From Trichomonas gallinae (taxonomy: Eukaryota): a stretch of DNA of 35,952 nt. Position numbers and translations under genes: made by a program. Shown here piece after piece: positions 20,506 to 31,598 of the stretch (positions are counted from its first letter, which is position 1; every line of letters begins with the position of its first letter). The stretch spans positions 1 to 35,952 of the forward strand of contig MRSU01001725.1 of the NCBI GenBank assembly GCA_008369845.1. The letters run 5' to 3'. The notes beneath the pieces were generated by a model. That model did not search any database. It saw only the letters and a program-made list of their open reading frames with translations, and was not told the DNA's origin.

Positions 20506-22899
20506 TTATTTTGCGTGAACAGTAATTTTTCCGTTTTCCAGACCATCTCCAGAGACCTCCAATGTGATGTCGCCTGGCTTATCTGATGCCTGGATGATTA
20601 CAGTTAGCTTGCCCATGAAAGCGTGCATTTTGGTGTCCTGGAATGAATCTAATGACGCTGAGTTACCATTGCATGCAGCTTTGTATGAGCCAGCACCTGT
20701 GACTTTGAAGTTGAGAAGTGTGCATTCGTTCGGGCACAAGTTTCCATCCTTATCGACAATGCTCACTGTTACGTAAGCCAAATCCTTCTCATCGGCTGTG
20801 ATTTCAGAGTGCATTGTCTCCAGAACGATGTGATGTGGATCTCCTGCTGTCTTAATCACCTTCGACATTTTTTCTTCGCCCTTTTCATCATAAGCAACAA
20901 CTTTGACTGTGCCAGGCTCATATATCACGTTGTTCCATCTCAGTCTGTATCTATCTATATTTGATACATTTGATTTCGTGAGTTTCCCTTGGCTCTTTCC
21001 GTTGATGAATAATTCCGCTGTTGGGTAATCAGTATATACCCAAACAGGGACGTTCTTACCACTCTCCCAGTTCCAGTGTGGAACAATATGTAGTGTGTGG
21101 TCGTTCGTGTTCCACTTCGATCTGTACAGATAATATCTGTCCTTTGGAATTGAAGCGAGGTCAATTATACCGAAGTATGAAACATGGCTCGGCCAGTCAC
21201 TTGCTTCATACGGAGTTGGCTCTCCCAAATAATCGAAGCCAGTCCAAACGAATCCACCGATAGCATAGTTAGTGTCATCATATTTAGCGAAGTCGTCATC
21301 CGGAATGTTTGACCAGCTCGTGTATTCAGTGTCATAACCGTTTGTCTGCAGGTCAGGATATTTGTACATATCGTGGAAATCAGGTGGGAACTTGTAGACG
21401 CCGCGCGAGCTCACTGCTGATGTTATCTCAGTTCCGAGGATGAGCTTCTGTGGTGAAATCTTATAGAAGTCTTCGTACAAATATAGGAAGTAGTTGATTC
21501 CCAATATATCCAAAAAGCTGCCATAACCGTTCTCCAAGTCGTCATAAACTTCGTTGAAACCAGCTGTTATTAATCTTGTTGGGTCTTCTCTATGGCAGAT
21601 TTCTCTCAGTCCGATGATGACCTTGTATCCACTGGCTGTGTGTTGTGTCGGACACTCGTTGCCAAGGCTCCACATCACGATACATGGGCTGTTCCTGTAG
21701 TGATGGATTGCGTTGATTATATCTTTTTCTGCCCACTCAGCGAATAACCTGTGGTAGCCGTTCTTGACTTTGGGGGTGTCCCACTCATCGAAGAACTCAA
21801 GCATCATCATGAAGCCCATTTCGTCGCATAAGCTTACTAATTCTGGTGTTGGCATGTTGTGAGATGTTCTTATTGCATCGCAGCCCATGTCTTTGAGCAT
21901 TTCAAGCTGATGACGTAAGCCTTTTTCGTTTACTGCAGCGCCAAGAGGACCTAAATCGTGATGATTGCAAACTCCTTTAAATTTGCGAAACTTGCCGTTC
22001 AGAGCAAATCCTGTGTCTGGAATATACTCAATTTTGCGTATACCGAATGTAGATTCATAAGTATCAACAAGATTATTTCCTAAATAAATTTCCGATATGG
22101 CTGTGTATAAGTTTGGTGTTTCAGGACTCCATAATTTTGGATTTTCGATAAGAAAATTCTGCTCAAATGGAGTTCCTTGCATATATTTTCTTGTATCATC
22201 TCTTTCAACGACAAGTTTGCCATCTTTTGTCTTAATATGTGTGAAAACACGAATATCTTTGCCGACAGCGCCTTCAATATTTGTTTGGACCCTTACAGAA
22301 GCATATTCTTTTTCAACAATCGGAGTTGTGACTTGTGTGCCCCAAACAGGTACGTGCACAGCTTCCGTAGTCACCAAATGCACGTTTCTGTATAATCCAG
22401 CGCCCGGATACCAACGCGATGATTGCGGGAGATTTTGTAAGCGAACAGCAAGAATATTATCACTTCCATCTTTATTTACAAGCTCAGTGATATCGAAGTA
22501 GAAGGAATTGTAGCCGTAAGGCCAATATCCAGCAAATTTGCCATTTACAAAAACTCTTGCGTCAGCCATTGCGCCATCGAAAACCAGCGTCGTGACCTTG
22601 GAAGGATCAGCTTTGAATGTTGTTCGGTACCAGCCAACGCCTACCCAAGGAAGTCCGCCTGTTATTCCAGAACTCACTGTGGCGACACCTGTTGATGTCT
22701 CGTAAGTAATTTGATCATATGATGGTCCAAATGGTCCGTAAATTGCCCAGTCGTGAGGAACTCTAACAGTTTCCCAATCGGAATCATCGAAATCAACATC
22801 TTGTGCATTAGTTTGCTCGCCTTTGATGAATTTCCAGTTTTTCTCTAATTTCACTGATGTTCTAAGAGAAAGAACTGAAGCAAATATCAAAAACAAAAT
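20506..22899 (-). CDS. Glycoside hydrolase family 2 (beta-galactosidase-like); expected start codon reads ATT
   Basis: VPHDW, GVGWYR, FDGAM, SRWYPGAGLYR, GVCNHHDLGPLGAA, AIRTSHN, acid/base WSLGNE, nucleophile GTE, VWTGFDYLGEPTPY. About 797 uninterrupted codons, but no ATG before residue ~110. Confidence 0.88.
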   Translation of the reverse strand: MLFLIFASVLSLRTSVKLEKNWKFIKGEQTNAQDVDFDDSDWETVRVPHDWAIYGPFGPSYDQITYETSTGVATVSSGITGGLPWVGVGWYRTTFKADPSKVTTLVFDGAMADARVFVNGKFAGYWPYGYNSFYFDITELVNKDGSDNILAVRLQNLPQSSRWYPGAGLYRNVHLVTTEAVHVPVWGTQVTTPIVEKEYASVRVQTNIEGAVGKDIRVFTHIKTKDGKLVVERDDTRKYMQGTPFEQNFLIENPKLWSPETPNLYTAISEIYLGNNLVDTYESTFGIRKIEYIPDTGFALNGKFRKFKGVCNHHDLGPLGAAVNEKGLRHQLEMLKDMGCDAIRTSHNMPTPELVSLCDEMGFMMMLEFFDEWDTPKVKNGYHRLFAEWAEKDIINAIHHYRNSPCIVMWSLGNECPTQHTASGYKVIIGLREICHREDPTRLITAGFNEVYDDLENGYGSFLDILGINYFLYLYEDFYKISPQKLILGTEITSAVSSRGVYKFPPDFHDMYKYPDLQTNGYDTEYTSWSNIPDDDFAKYDDTNYAIGGFVWTGFDYLGEPTPYEASDWPSHVSYFGIIDLASIPKDRYYLYRSKWNTNDHTLHIVPHWNWESGKNVPVWVYTDYPTAELFINGKSQGKLTKSNVSNIDRYRLRWNNVIYEPGTVKVVAYDEKGEEKMSKVIKTAGDPHHIVLETMHSEITADEKDLAYVTVSIVDKDGNLCPNECTLLNFKVTGAGSYKAACNGNSASLDSFQDTKMHAFMGKLTVIIQASDKPGDITLEVSGDGLENGKITVHAK

Positions 22900-22908
22900 A
22901 TTTTTGAT

Positions 22909-22917
22909 GAAAAGTGA
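22909..22917 (-). promoter_or_regulatory. Inr of the GH2 gene
   Basis: Minus strand reads TCACTTTTCATCAAAAAT immediately before ATT TTG TTT TTG. Confidence 0.55.
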
Positions 22918-23999
22918 CACTAAAAATCACGAAAAAAATCTAATTCATCTTCTTTCGAAAATATTATAGGCGATTAGTCCAAAAAATCATACTCATACAT
23001 ACTAAATAGAAGATTCGTGTAGTATAGTATCGTATGACTATATATAACATTTTCAATTTCTTAAGTACATCCTACAAAATGATGATATTTAGGATGGAAT
23101 ATTGGTAATATTGTCACTTTTTATTATATGAAATCCTATCAACCAAAATATATATTTTCTCATACTATTGGATGCCATTTGTCATCTATATTATTATTTT
23201 ATAAAAAGTATATCTCGAAAACAAAGAACAAGGCTTGAAAAACTGGATTTTTTGTAATCTTTCACGCCCGTATAATTTGTATATGTTAAAAAAAATCGTT
23301 TAGAAAGGACAGCATTATTTACTATTAGCGCAATATGTTACATTTATCACGCAAGAAGGATTTTCCTATGGAAATTAATTTGAAAAATTTAATAATTTCA
23401 GCTTATAAAGTGATAAATTTATGTGTAATTTATCATATAATAATTGTTCATAAAGATGTAAAAAAATAATGACACTTTTTAGAAACACATGTTTATCGCG
23501 ATAAATATTTAATAATAACTGTGATAGATGTTGATGATGTATAAAAAAATTTACATTCGATATGTAAATTATTCAATTTAGTCTATTAACGTTATAAATG
23601 AAAATCAACACAGTATATATTATTTGAAGCGTATCTTTAAAATGATGTTAGAATGCCGTTTGAGAGGCAGCTATGTTTGAAACATTTTTTGATCAAATTT
23701 AATTGTGCATTTTGTTGGAAAGTATATTATATTCCATTCAAAAAAAATCATTTCAAAAAACGTTATTCTCAAAAAGTAATCATCGGTCTTTAAAACATAC
23801 TCATTCCCGTTTTGCAGATTGCCATTTGAGAATTAATGATTTTCAACACATATTCAAAAAATCGGTTGATTTTGATTCAAATTTTGAAAAATGTCAAAAA
23901 AATCTAATTCAAGATTTAATATATTATAGAATACCATTCAATTCAGAGAAAATAATTATTATAATTTTATGGAAAATAGTCATTCAATTCAATTACAAA

Positions 24000-25649
24000 A
24001 TGTTTTTGCTTCTGTCTTTAAGCAAAGAAGAAGAATATAAAAAATACGGTGTCTATAATGGAAACTACTTTGCTGGATACTATAATTTTGCGATAATTGG
24101 AGCACAAGGAGGCAAGGGCTGTAAAGATGGTAAAAATATTAACGGCCCAGAAGGAGGCCATGGAGCCAAAATTACTGGGATGCTACGACTCAAAGGTAAT
24201 TACACTTATAAAATTACTGTTGGAGATGATCCTACAAGAATTAGGTATTGTGATCTGTCTACATTTAATAATGGTGGATACACCGGCCAAGGTGGAAAAA
24301 GTGGTAGTGATGAAGATACAGATGGTAAAGGCGAGCAATGTGGAGGTGGAGGTGGCTATTCACTTTTCGAGAATTCTGATTTGAAAACGCAAATTGCCAT
24401 TGCAGGAGGTGGATCTGGTGCCTGTTATGGCCTTGCTGGAGCCGATGCTGGCGGTGATGGTTATACATTCAGATATAACTCAAGTAACGTTCAAGTCAGA
24501 TGCGAAGAAAATTCATGCTTTTCGAATCAAGGAAGAGCTGGCGGAAATGGCCAAGACTATATAATTGCTGGTAAATTCGATATAGCAGGTTCAGGTGGTG
24601 GAGGTGGTGCAAAAGGTGGTGCAGGAGGAGCATCCATTAAATTAGAATCAGATTTTTATCGTGCGGTAGGATCAGGTGGATCGAGTAGCTTTGATACTTC
24701 CTATTTTCATGGGTCTGTTCAGTTACTTGATGGATCGCAAAACACAAATGCAAAAGGAGGTGGATATTTCTCTATAGAACCTGTAAAAATATGTCCGAAC
24801 TATTGTTATGACTGTGACTATAATGACACAGAAATTTGCTTTGATTGCCGAGGCGATCGAAGCTTTTCATATCAGAATCGTTGTTATTCTTCTTGCTCTG
24901 AAACTCCTGTTCCAACATTTATAAGCGAGAAAACATGTGTCAAATGTCCTCTTGGGTGTTCCAGCTGCACAGATAGCTCAACATGCTTGACTTGCTCAGA
25001 AGGTTTTGTTCTCTCATACAATCTTTGTGTTCCAATTCGAACACCAAGCCTAACTCCTTCAACAACACCATCTTCGACACCATCAAGTACACCAAGCTCA
25101 ACACCATCTTCAACGCCATCATCTACACCAAGCTCAACACCATCTTCAACGCCATCATCTACACCAAGCTCAACTCCCTCAAGCACGCCATCATCTACGC
25201 CATCGAGTACCCTAAGCACAACCCCAAGTAGTACACCATCTATGACACCAAAAGATATATTATCAATGCCTAATGCAACACCCAAACGAGTGAAAGAAAA
25301 TCAAATTGTGCCGAAAGGAGGTGAGAAATCTGAAGATAAGACTGCCAAGAAGAAAGTGCCAATAGGATTGATTATTGGGATTGTTGTTGGCGTTTTGGCT
25401 CTTATTGTTCTTGCTGTACTTGCTCTTTACTACTTGTTGAGAGGCAGAGATGATGGAAATTCATGTGAAGAAAGTGCCGAAGAATTGGCTGAAGAGACAG
25501 TTATCTACCCTGAAGATACCAGCGTTACTATAGACAATCCTTTGTTCACAACAACCGTGCAAAACATGTCTGACGACATTTTCGGTAATGAATTCGAAGA
25601 AGGCACAATAGAAAGAATATTTTCTATTAATTCAAATGGAGAGTTATAA
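24000..25649 (+). CDS. Type I membrane protein: Gly-rich domain, furin-like Cys repeats, TPSS stalk, TM, acidic tail
   Basis: ATG 24000 (MFLLLSLS) follows Inr TCATT 23980-23984. Domains: GAQGG...GGHGAKITG, IAGGGSG, CxxC repeats, 17 TPSS-type units, TM IGLIIGIVVGVLALIVLAVLALYYLL, tail with DNPLF and DDIFGNEFEE. 549 aa. Confidence 0.88.
   Translation: MFLLLSLSKEEEYKKYGVYNGNYFAGYYNFAIIGAQGGKGCKDGKNINGPEGGHGAKITGMLRLKGNYTYKITVGDDPTRIRYCDLSTFNNGGYTGQGGKSGSDEDTDGKGEQCGGGGGYSLFENSDLKTQIAIAGGGSGACYGLAGADAGGDGYTFRYNSSNVQVRCEENSCFSNQGRAGGNGQDYIIAGKFDIAGSGGGGGAKGGAGGASIKLESDFYRAVGSGGSSSFDTSYFHGSVQLLDGSQNTNAKGGGYFSIEPVKICPNYCYDCDYNDTEICFDCRGDRSFSYQNRCYSSCSETPVPTFISEKTCVKCPLGCSSCTDSSTCLTCSEGFVLSYNLCVPIRTPSLTPSTTPSSTPSSTPSSTPSSTPSSTPSSTPSSTPSSTPSSTPSSTPSSTPSSTLSTTPSSTPSMTPKDILSMPNATPKRVKENQIVPKGGEKSEDKTAKKKVPIGLIIGIVVGVLALIVLAVLALYYLLRGRDDGNSCEESAEELAEETVIYPEDTSVTIDNPLFTTTVQNMSDDIFGNEFEEGTIERIFSINSNGEL
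25041..25244 (+). repeat. Coding 12-bp tandem repeat (TPSS x17)
   Basis: 204 nt, including an exact 36-bp higher-order duplication at 25089-25124 and 25125-25160. Confidence 0.92.
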
Positions 25650-26765
25650 TATTCGATATTGAATAAATGTTTAATTTATTTCGGTTTACAAAAAATATCC
25701 TTTTTTGTAACTATAGATGCACTAATATTATTATAGCATTAGGAAAAGTCATATTTATATGTAAACACCCTTTTAACAGATGAAAAATCTTTATTTTATT
25801 TAATTTGAGATGAGTTTGTTTATTGCAAGCTAGAATCGAATGGATTAAGCCAACTACTAATTAGTTCCATAGAGCTCAATAATATATTCCTAAAATCAAA
25901 AATTCTTACAGAATAATCATTTTGAATTTGATTTCAATCATTAAAATAATGATAACTATATGTGTGTGGTTCTTTGCACATATTGAACACGTTCAATTCC
26001 ATTCATTGATAATCTGTTGGCATTTCTTTTTTGGAACTGATTCAAGCGATCAACATATTCTAATTTTTGTTAAGCAATGATATTTTTTATTAAGTTTACT
26101 GTAAGCAGTTCAACAGATTTCTTTGATTTTCTCTGACGTTGTTAATGCAATTAAGTTCGCATGCTTAAATCATACCTAATCACAATGTCAGCTTAGTTAC
26201 ATCAACAATTACCCGTCATTCTCCGAAATATTGATGAGGAACAGTATTTAGCGTTTTATACTGATATTTTTGATTCATATTTGTCAATAAAGAATGATTT
26301 GATAAAAGAAAGTAAATAAAATTGCAAATCTTTTTCAGAAAAATCAACATTCTTTTAGAAAGACATTATTTGGCTGTTATTGACATATATAGATCTATCT
26401 AAATATGATTAAACCAATAACAATGGAGAATTTCTTGTTCAAAATTGAGTGACGATTATATTAGCATATTAATGCTGAAGCGAATGAGAAACGTGTGTTT
26501 TATGCATTTTTGTAGTGTTTCCTTTAATCATACAGCAAAAAAGAGCCAATACAATATTATTCTGGAAATCAAATCGCGTTTTTTGCTATGATTATATGGT
26601 ATTTGTCACTCAAATTCGTGATGAAAACAGTCTAAATAAGCGAAATCACTTATAAAAATGTGTATAACCCGTAACTGTGATAAATCAAAATTTTAGAAAA
26701 ATAGGATGAATTTAAGAAAGCTACTAATATAGATTTTATTTACTCTATTACAAACAACGATAAAG

Positions 26766-27698
26766 TTACTTGGTGGCCTTTGATAAGTCTAAGACTGGGG
26801 TGATAATTAATCTTGAATGCCTGTGTAACTGAGCATTGAGACCTAATCTCTTCAACTGTGAGCTGTTGAGGAGTGTCTTGTTCTTGGAAATTCCAAGGAA
26901 GTTCCTCTCCCTGACCTTGAACTGTGAGAAATAAGGAAGATTAAGTAATTCTTCAGCTGTAGCGCGTGTTTTGATATTAGGATCAATGCATCTGGCAATC
27001 AAGTTTCTGAGGAGTGGGTCTTCGATCTGTCCGTCTGTATAAACTCCTTCGCAGATTGATTCAATAAGTTTGTAGATGGAGTTCTTGACAAATGGGAGGG
27101 TTCCTGTGGCCAAGAAGTAAATAGTAATGCCTAAGGCCCAGATGTCGGCCTTAATTGGATTATAAAGCTGACCCTTGAGAATCTCAGGGGCCATGAACAT
27201 CGGCGTGCCTTTGACGGTGCTGGATCTTGCTGAGAGTGAGCAGATGTCTGAGAGGCCGAAGTCAGAGATTTTTACTCTGCCATGCTTGTCAATTAAGAAG
27301 TTAGATGGCTTAATGTCGCAATGAGCAATTCCGCGATCATGGCAGGCCTTGACAGCCTGGACAATCTCTGATATGTAGTGGTGGAGGTCTCTTCTTGAGA
27401 TATATTTAGACTCAGATATTAATTTATGGAGATCTGATGTGCAGTACTCCATAAGGATGTACATATGTTCTTGAAATTCGAAGTAGTCGTATATTCTAAG
27501 AACTCTGACATCATCTAGTTTCTTAAGACACTCGATTTCTTCAAGGTTGAAGGCTTCCTTCTTAATTTTCTTCAAAGCAAACTTTTCATTATATTTAGAA
27601 GAGAAGACACTATAGACAATACCGAACTTGCCGGCATTTATGTGGTCTTCAACGACAATACCTTGAGATTCGAAGAAGCGCTGCTCATCTTGGTTCAT
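26766..27698 (-). CDS. Ser/Thr protein kinase, CAMK-like
   Basis: AGKFGIV, FALKK, HCDIKPSN, DFG, GTPMFMAPE, DIWALG. Confidence 0.92.
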   Translation of the reverse strand: MNQDEQRFFESQGIVVEDHINAGKFGIVYSVFSSKYNEKFALKKIKKEAFNLEEIECLKKLDDVRVLRIYDYFEFQEHMYILMEYCTSDLHKLISESKYISRRDLHHYISEIVQAVKACHDRGIAHCDIKPSNFLIDKHGRVKISDFGLSDICSLSARSSTVKGTPMFMAPEILKGQLYNPIKADIWALGITIYFLATGTLPFVKNSIYKLIESICEGVYTDGQIEDPLLRNLIARCIDPNIKTRATAEELLNLPYFSQFKVRERNFLGISKNKTLLNSSQLKRLGLNAQLHRHSRLIITPVLDLSKATK

Positions 27699-30001
27699 CT
27701 TTAGAAAAAATGATTTTTGTTAAGGTATTCAATTTCTATAGAACGGCCAATATTTATAAATTGCACTGCATTATTTGTTTTTTACTGATTTCCAAGAGAA
27801 AATCGATTTTTCAATGCTCGTTAAATTTTGAGAGCATACGAAAAAATGGATTCAAAATAAATTTTTAGTAAAAGATGCCGTTATATTATATAAACCAGAA
27901 TATTGAAGAAAAATTAGCTTGGAGACGTTTGAGAGGAATATTTGTAGTATTCAAAAAAATTCTCTGAAAAAATTAACCAAAGAATATTGCTTATAAGAAT
28001 GTATGCTACATATTGACAAAAAAATATCATTTCCGACATTGAAAAGTTAATTATTAAATATTGATTACAATATAGTAGAAAAGCCTAATGGTGAGTTTGT
28101 GGACTTCGTTATCAATTTAGTTCAATACTCTTATTGAAAATATAAAAAAAATCAGAAATAATTAACAATTCTTTTGCTTTGCCATTTTTAATAATAAATC
28201 CTAAATCGTTCGCCTTGCAATTTTTTGAAAAAATCAGAGAATATTTTGTATGTAGCGTTTTTATGCCAATCTCAAATGATACTAATACAATATGATCTAT
28301 ATCATTTATTAAACAATATTTTCTGGATTTTTTCGATATGTTACAAAATTATTTAAAAACGACTTACAAAACTGGAAATATCAATTCAAAATTGTCATAT
28401 TTTACTTATTGATATTAGCAGATGACCAGTTATGCATCAGATTTATTCAATATTAATATTCAAAATTATTAATTAGAATTTTTATTTGAAAAATGCTCTT
28501 ACTATATGTATTTCTACATCGATCTTTAACGAATTTCTCCGGTATTCTCAGAATTTTTTCGAATTTTGAGAGGAATATTTTTTAACTCAAACGTACTTAA
28601 AAGTGACAACAAATCTATTGCTTTTCTTTTATCCAATGATTTTTTATGTGTAAACGCTCTACTCGTACAAATTGTTGTAATGTTAGGGCCTAATGTTTAT
28701 ATTTCCTTTAATATTTTGCTCTCATATGAAATCGAATATATTCTGCCTATTCTGAATTCTGTTTTAATCTCATAAAAAGGTCCAAAAATCCTTATTTAAA
28801 TCATAGAACTATATTCCTCTACAAGTGTTATAATAGTTTATAATTTGTTAATATATGATATGCAACAGTAACTTAACTAATCTGTTTATGCACTTTTTGA
28901 CATGTTTATATTTCATCGACATATTTCCCAATGGTTTTTAGCCATCAATAATATTCCCTTATTTTGTTCAAATTCTGTCAATGGAAATTTGTCTCATTTT
29001 TGGTGTGTTTTCTCCGATATTTCTCTAATATGATAGCTATGAATGCTCATTGCCGTTGAATTATGTTTGAACAATATTGTTTTGAAGCCAACTTAGATCG
29101 TTGGGACAGTATGAAGGTTCATTACATAAATTTGACCAGCAAGCCCGTGCTGTACAAAAATCTTAATCTTAATACATTTGTCTGATTGTCATTTTAGAAA
29201 TGAACTTCAAGGAAATATGATCTATGAACTCTACTTTAATAAATTTTAAAATGATATGATTGAAATATATGTTGTTATAATGAGATAAGCATAATGATTG
29301 AAAATGCTGCAAGTTACTTTAGTCTAGCTTATTTAAGATATATTAGACAGTTGTAGTATAATACATTACTAATATGTCGTATTATTTCATAACATTAAAC
29401 AAAATCCAAAATTTATCTCGGCGAATATACAATACTGTAAGCTCTAGTTTTGAAAATAAACTGTTAAGATAATAACAGAATTAATAGCATTATATGGAAA
29501 GATAAATTAAGCATTTTTAAAACTTGAAAATCACAATTTTAATAAAAATGATATGAAAATAGTTATTTCTTATATTGATTTTAATTAAATATTTCATTTT
29601 GTCAGAAAATATGAGACGTTTAAACGATTAATAATCCAAAACTTAACAAATTTCTGCAAAAATTTGAATAATTATTGGTTCATTTTCAAAAATTTCATTA
29701 TTTGATTATTAGTAATTTATATATATAATACACTTGTGCAATGTAATGATTTCTCAAATTCTAGCATATCATTCTCGTACAAGTACCAACATCTTCAAAT
29801 AATATCATCATCAAGCAGGATTTGAAGCAATATCAATAGGAGAATCCTCATTCATGGTTGAAATATGACCTTATGAATTAAGATTTACATTATAATTATT
29901 CACAACGATAATTTTGAAAAAATAAAAATGAATTTTTTTCATGTCAATCGTTTAAATAACAATAGCATAGTATATCTATAAACAATAATATGAAGGCTTT
30001 C

Positions 30002-30508
30002 TTAAATGAGCAAGAAAGGATCTTCAAGCTCATTAAAATCGAAAAGATCATCAGCAATCATCTCAGAAGATGAATCATCGTGTTGCAATTCAGTAACTTG
30101 TACTTCTTGCTTCTTGTTATGCCTTGGAGCACTTGCAACTGTCTGAAGATTTGGATATCTAAGTGCAATAGACTTGTACCAACGATTCTTAACATTGTTT
30201 CCACTTCTGTTGTTTAAAAACTTTGCAATAGTAGTCCATCTTGGTCCATATTGCTGATACTTTTGAATGATAATAAAATCTTCTTCATTCGTCCAGTTTT
30301 TAACAACGATTTCTTGATTAAGGTAATTGTTAAACCTGTCCTTGCATTGACGTCCGGTCCTACCTGGAAGATATGAAGCTATTTCATCCCAAGTCATCTT
30401 CTCATTCGCGCGCAATGACTTTAATAGGTTATCCTCTGCCTCTGTGAACCTCTTTCTAAGTGATGATGTCTGTTGTCCATCCGTATTACTCAGGTTTGAT
30501 TGTTGCAT
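30002..30508 (-). CDS. R2R3 Myb DNA-binding protein
   Basis: FTEAED..W..IA..LPGRTGRQCKDRF and WTNEED..YGPRW..IA..RSGNNVKNRW, with an acidic tail. Confidence 0.93.
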   Translation of the reverse strand: MQQSNLSNTDGQQTSSLRKRFTEAEDNLLKSLRANEKMTWDEIASYLPGRTGRQCKDRFNNYLNQEIVVKNWTNEEDFIIIQKYQQYGPRWTTIAKFLNNRSGNNVKNRWYKSIALRYPNLQTVASAPRHNKKQEVQVTELQHDDSSSEMIADDLFDFNELEDPFLLI

Positions 30509-31598
30509 TTAGTTAGCAAATAAATAAGTGATTATGAGCCTAACAGCTCTGAATTTTTTTCTCACAACAAATTCTGAGTATTCTCAATTTTTGTGTTTAT
30601 CGTCCTAGGTAGGGCTGTGGAGGGCAAGTATTCAAATTTTTTTATAATAGAATTGAATAGTTTATTGTATAATTTTTGTTTTTATAATTATTAACTGTAT
30701 CACTAATATATGATATATTTTTGCTTTTGAGCTTTTGAATGAAGGTTTCAGAAATGGGCAATCATCTCTTTCTGACATTTACTGGCATTACATGTCAAAA
30801 TTTCAACAATACATCCATTAGCTATATTTGATTTTCATTACCATTGGCCATCAATGTTCTTTTTATAATATCTATCTAAGATTATATATAAATCTTATAT
30901 ATTGCATGAATAGTTTGTTAATTTTTGATTGTTAGTATTAATTTAATCTTTTGTTAAACACCTGTTAGAATAGCTAACCAATGCGCATTCCAGCATACCT
31001 ATTTAATATTATATAGAAGTCTTATATATACCATGAAGTAATTGAATTTTTTGATTTTTTTTGATTTTCTTAAGCAGTAAAACATTAATAAAACTAAACA
31101 ATCAGTTAATAAAGTACAGCTGATGATAGTTTGTTAATGAAAAAGTTCAAACCCAAAATTTAGATTTTAATAAATTTACATGACAATTTAATATATTTAC
31201 ACGCCAAATTTCGAAATGGCATGAATAATTTTAGAGTTTGGGCCATGTTAGTTGAGCAATAAAATGCTTAGAATGAGTAGAATTGGTAGAGCATTACCAA
31301 CTAGCGATCGCACTGTAGGCATAATTTTGTTCTCTCGGAATTATTTAGATTAGTGGCCAAGATTTAAGATATAGCAAATACAAGGCCTAATGATATAGAA
31401 TTAGAATCGGATTAGGCATATTAAAGAATATATTCCTCACCGATATTATGTCATTCACGTTATTAAGTTATCACACGAATGTATGGACTCCATGGAAGCT
31501 GCCAATGACAGTTTCAAGCCAAATTAATCAACTGTGAATCCAAAAATTTGATCGAAGTTTTGGAAATAGAACGAATTTATTATACAAACATGCATAAC

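Noticed and set aside
23703..23999. 99-codon N-terminal extension from TTG in the ORF track
   Set aside because: It is AT-rich promoter-like sequence; the Inr and signal peptide point to ATG 24000.
26228..26267. TGATGA...CTGA box C/D snoRNA-like pair
   Set aside because: Only about 35 nt long, with an AT-only terminal stem and no identifiable guide.
31200..31560. Slightly GC-richer spacer with short stems (TTGGTA/TACCAA, GCCTAAT/ATTAGGC)
   Set aside because: The stems are too short to exceed chance. It is probably a decayed coding remnant, like 15640-15850, 25950-26250, 28920-29190 and 29770-29870, none of which I could assign.
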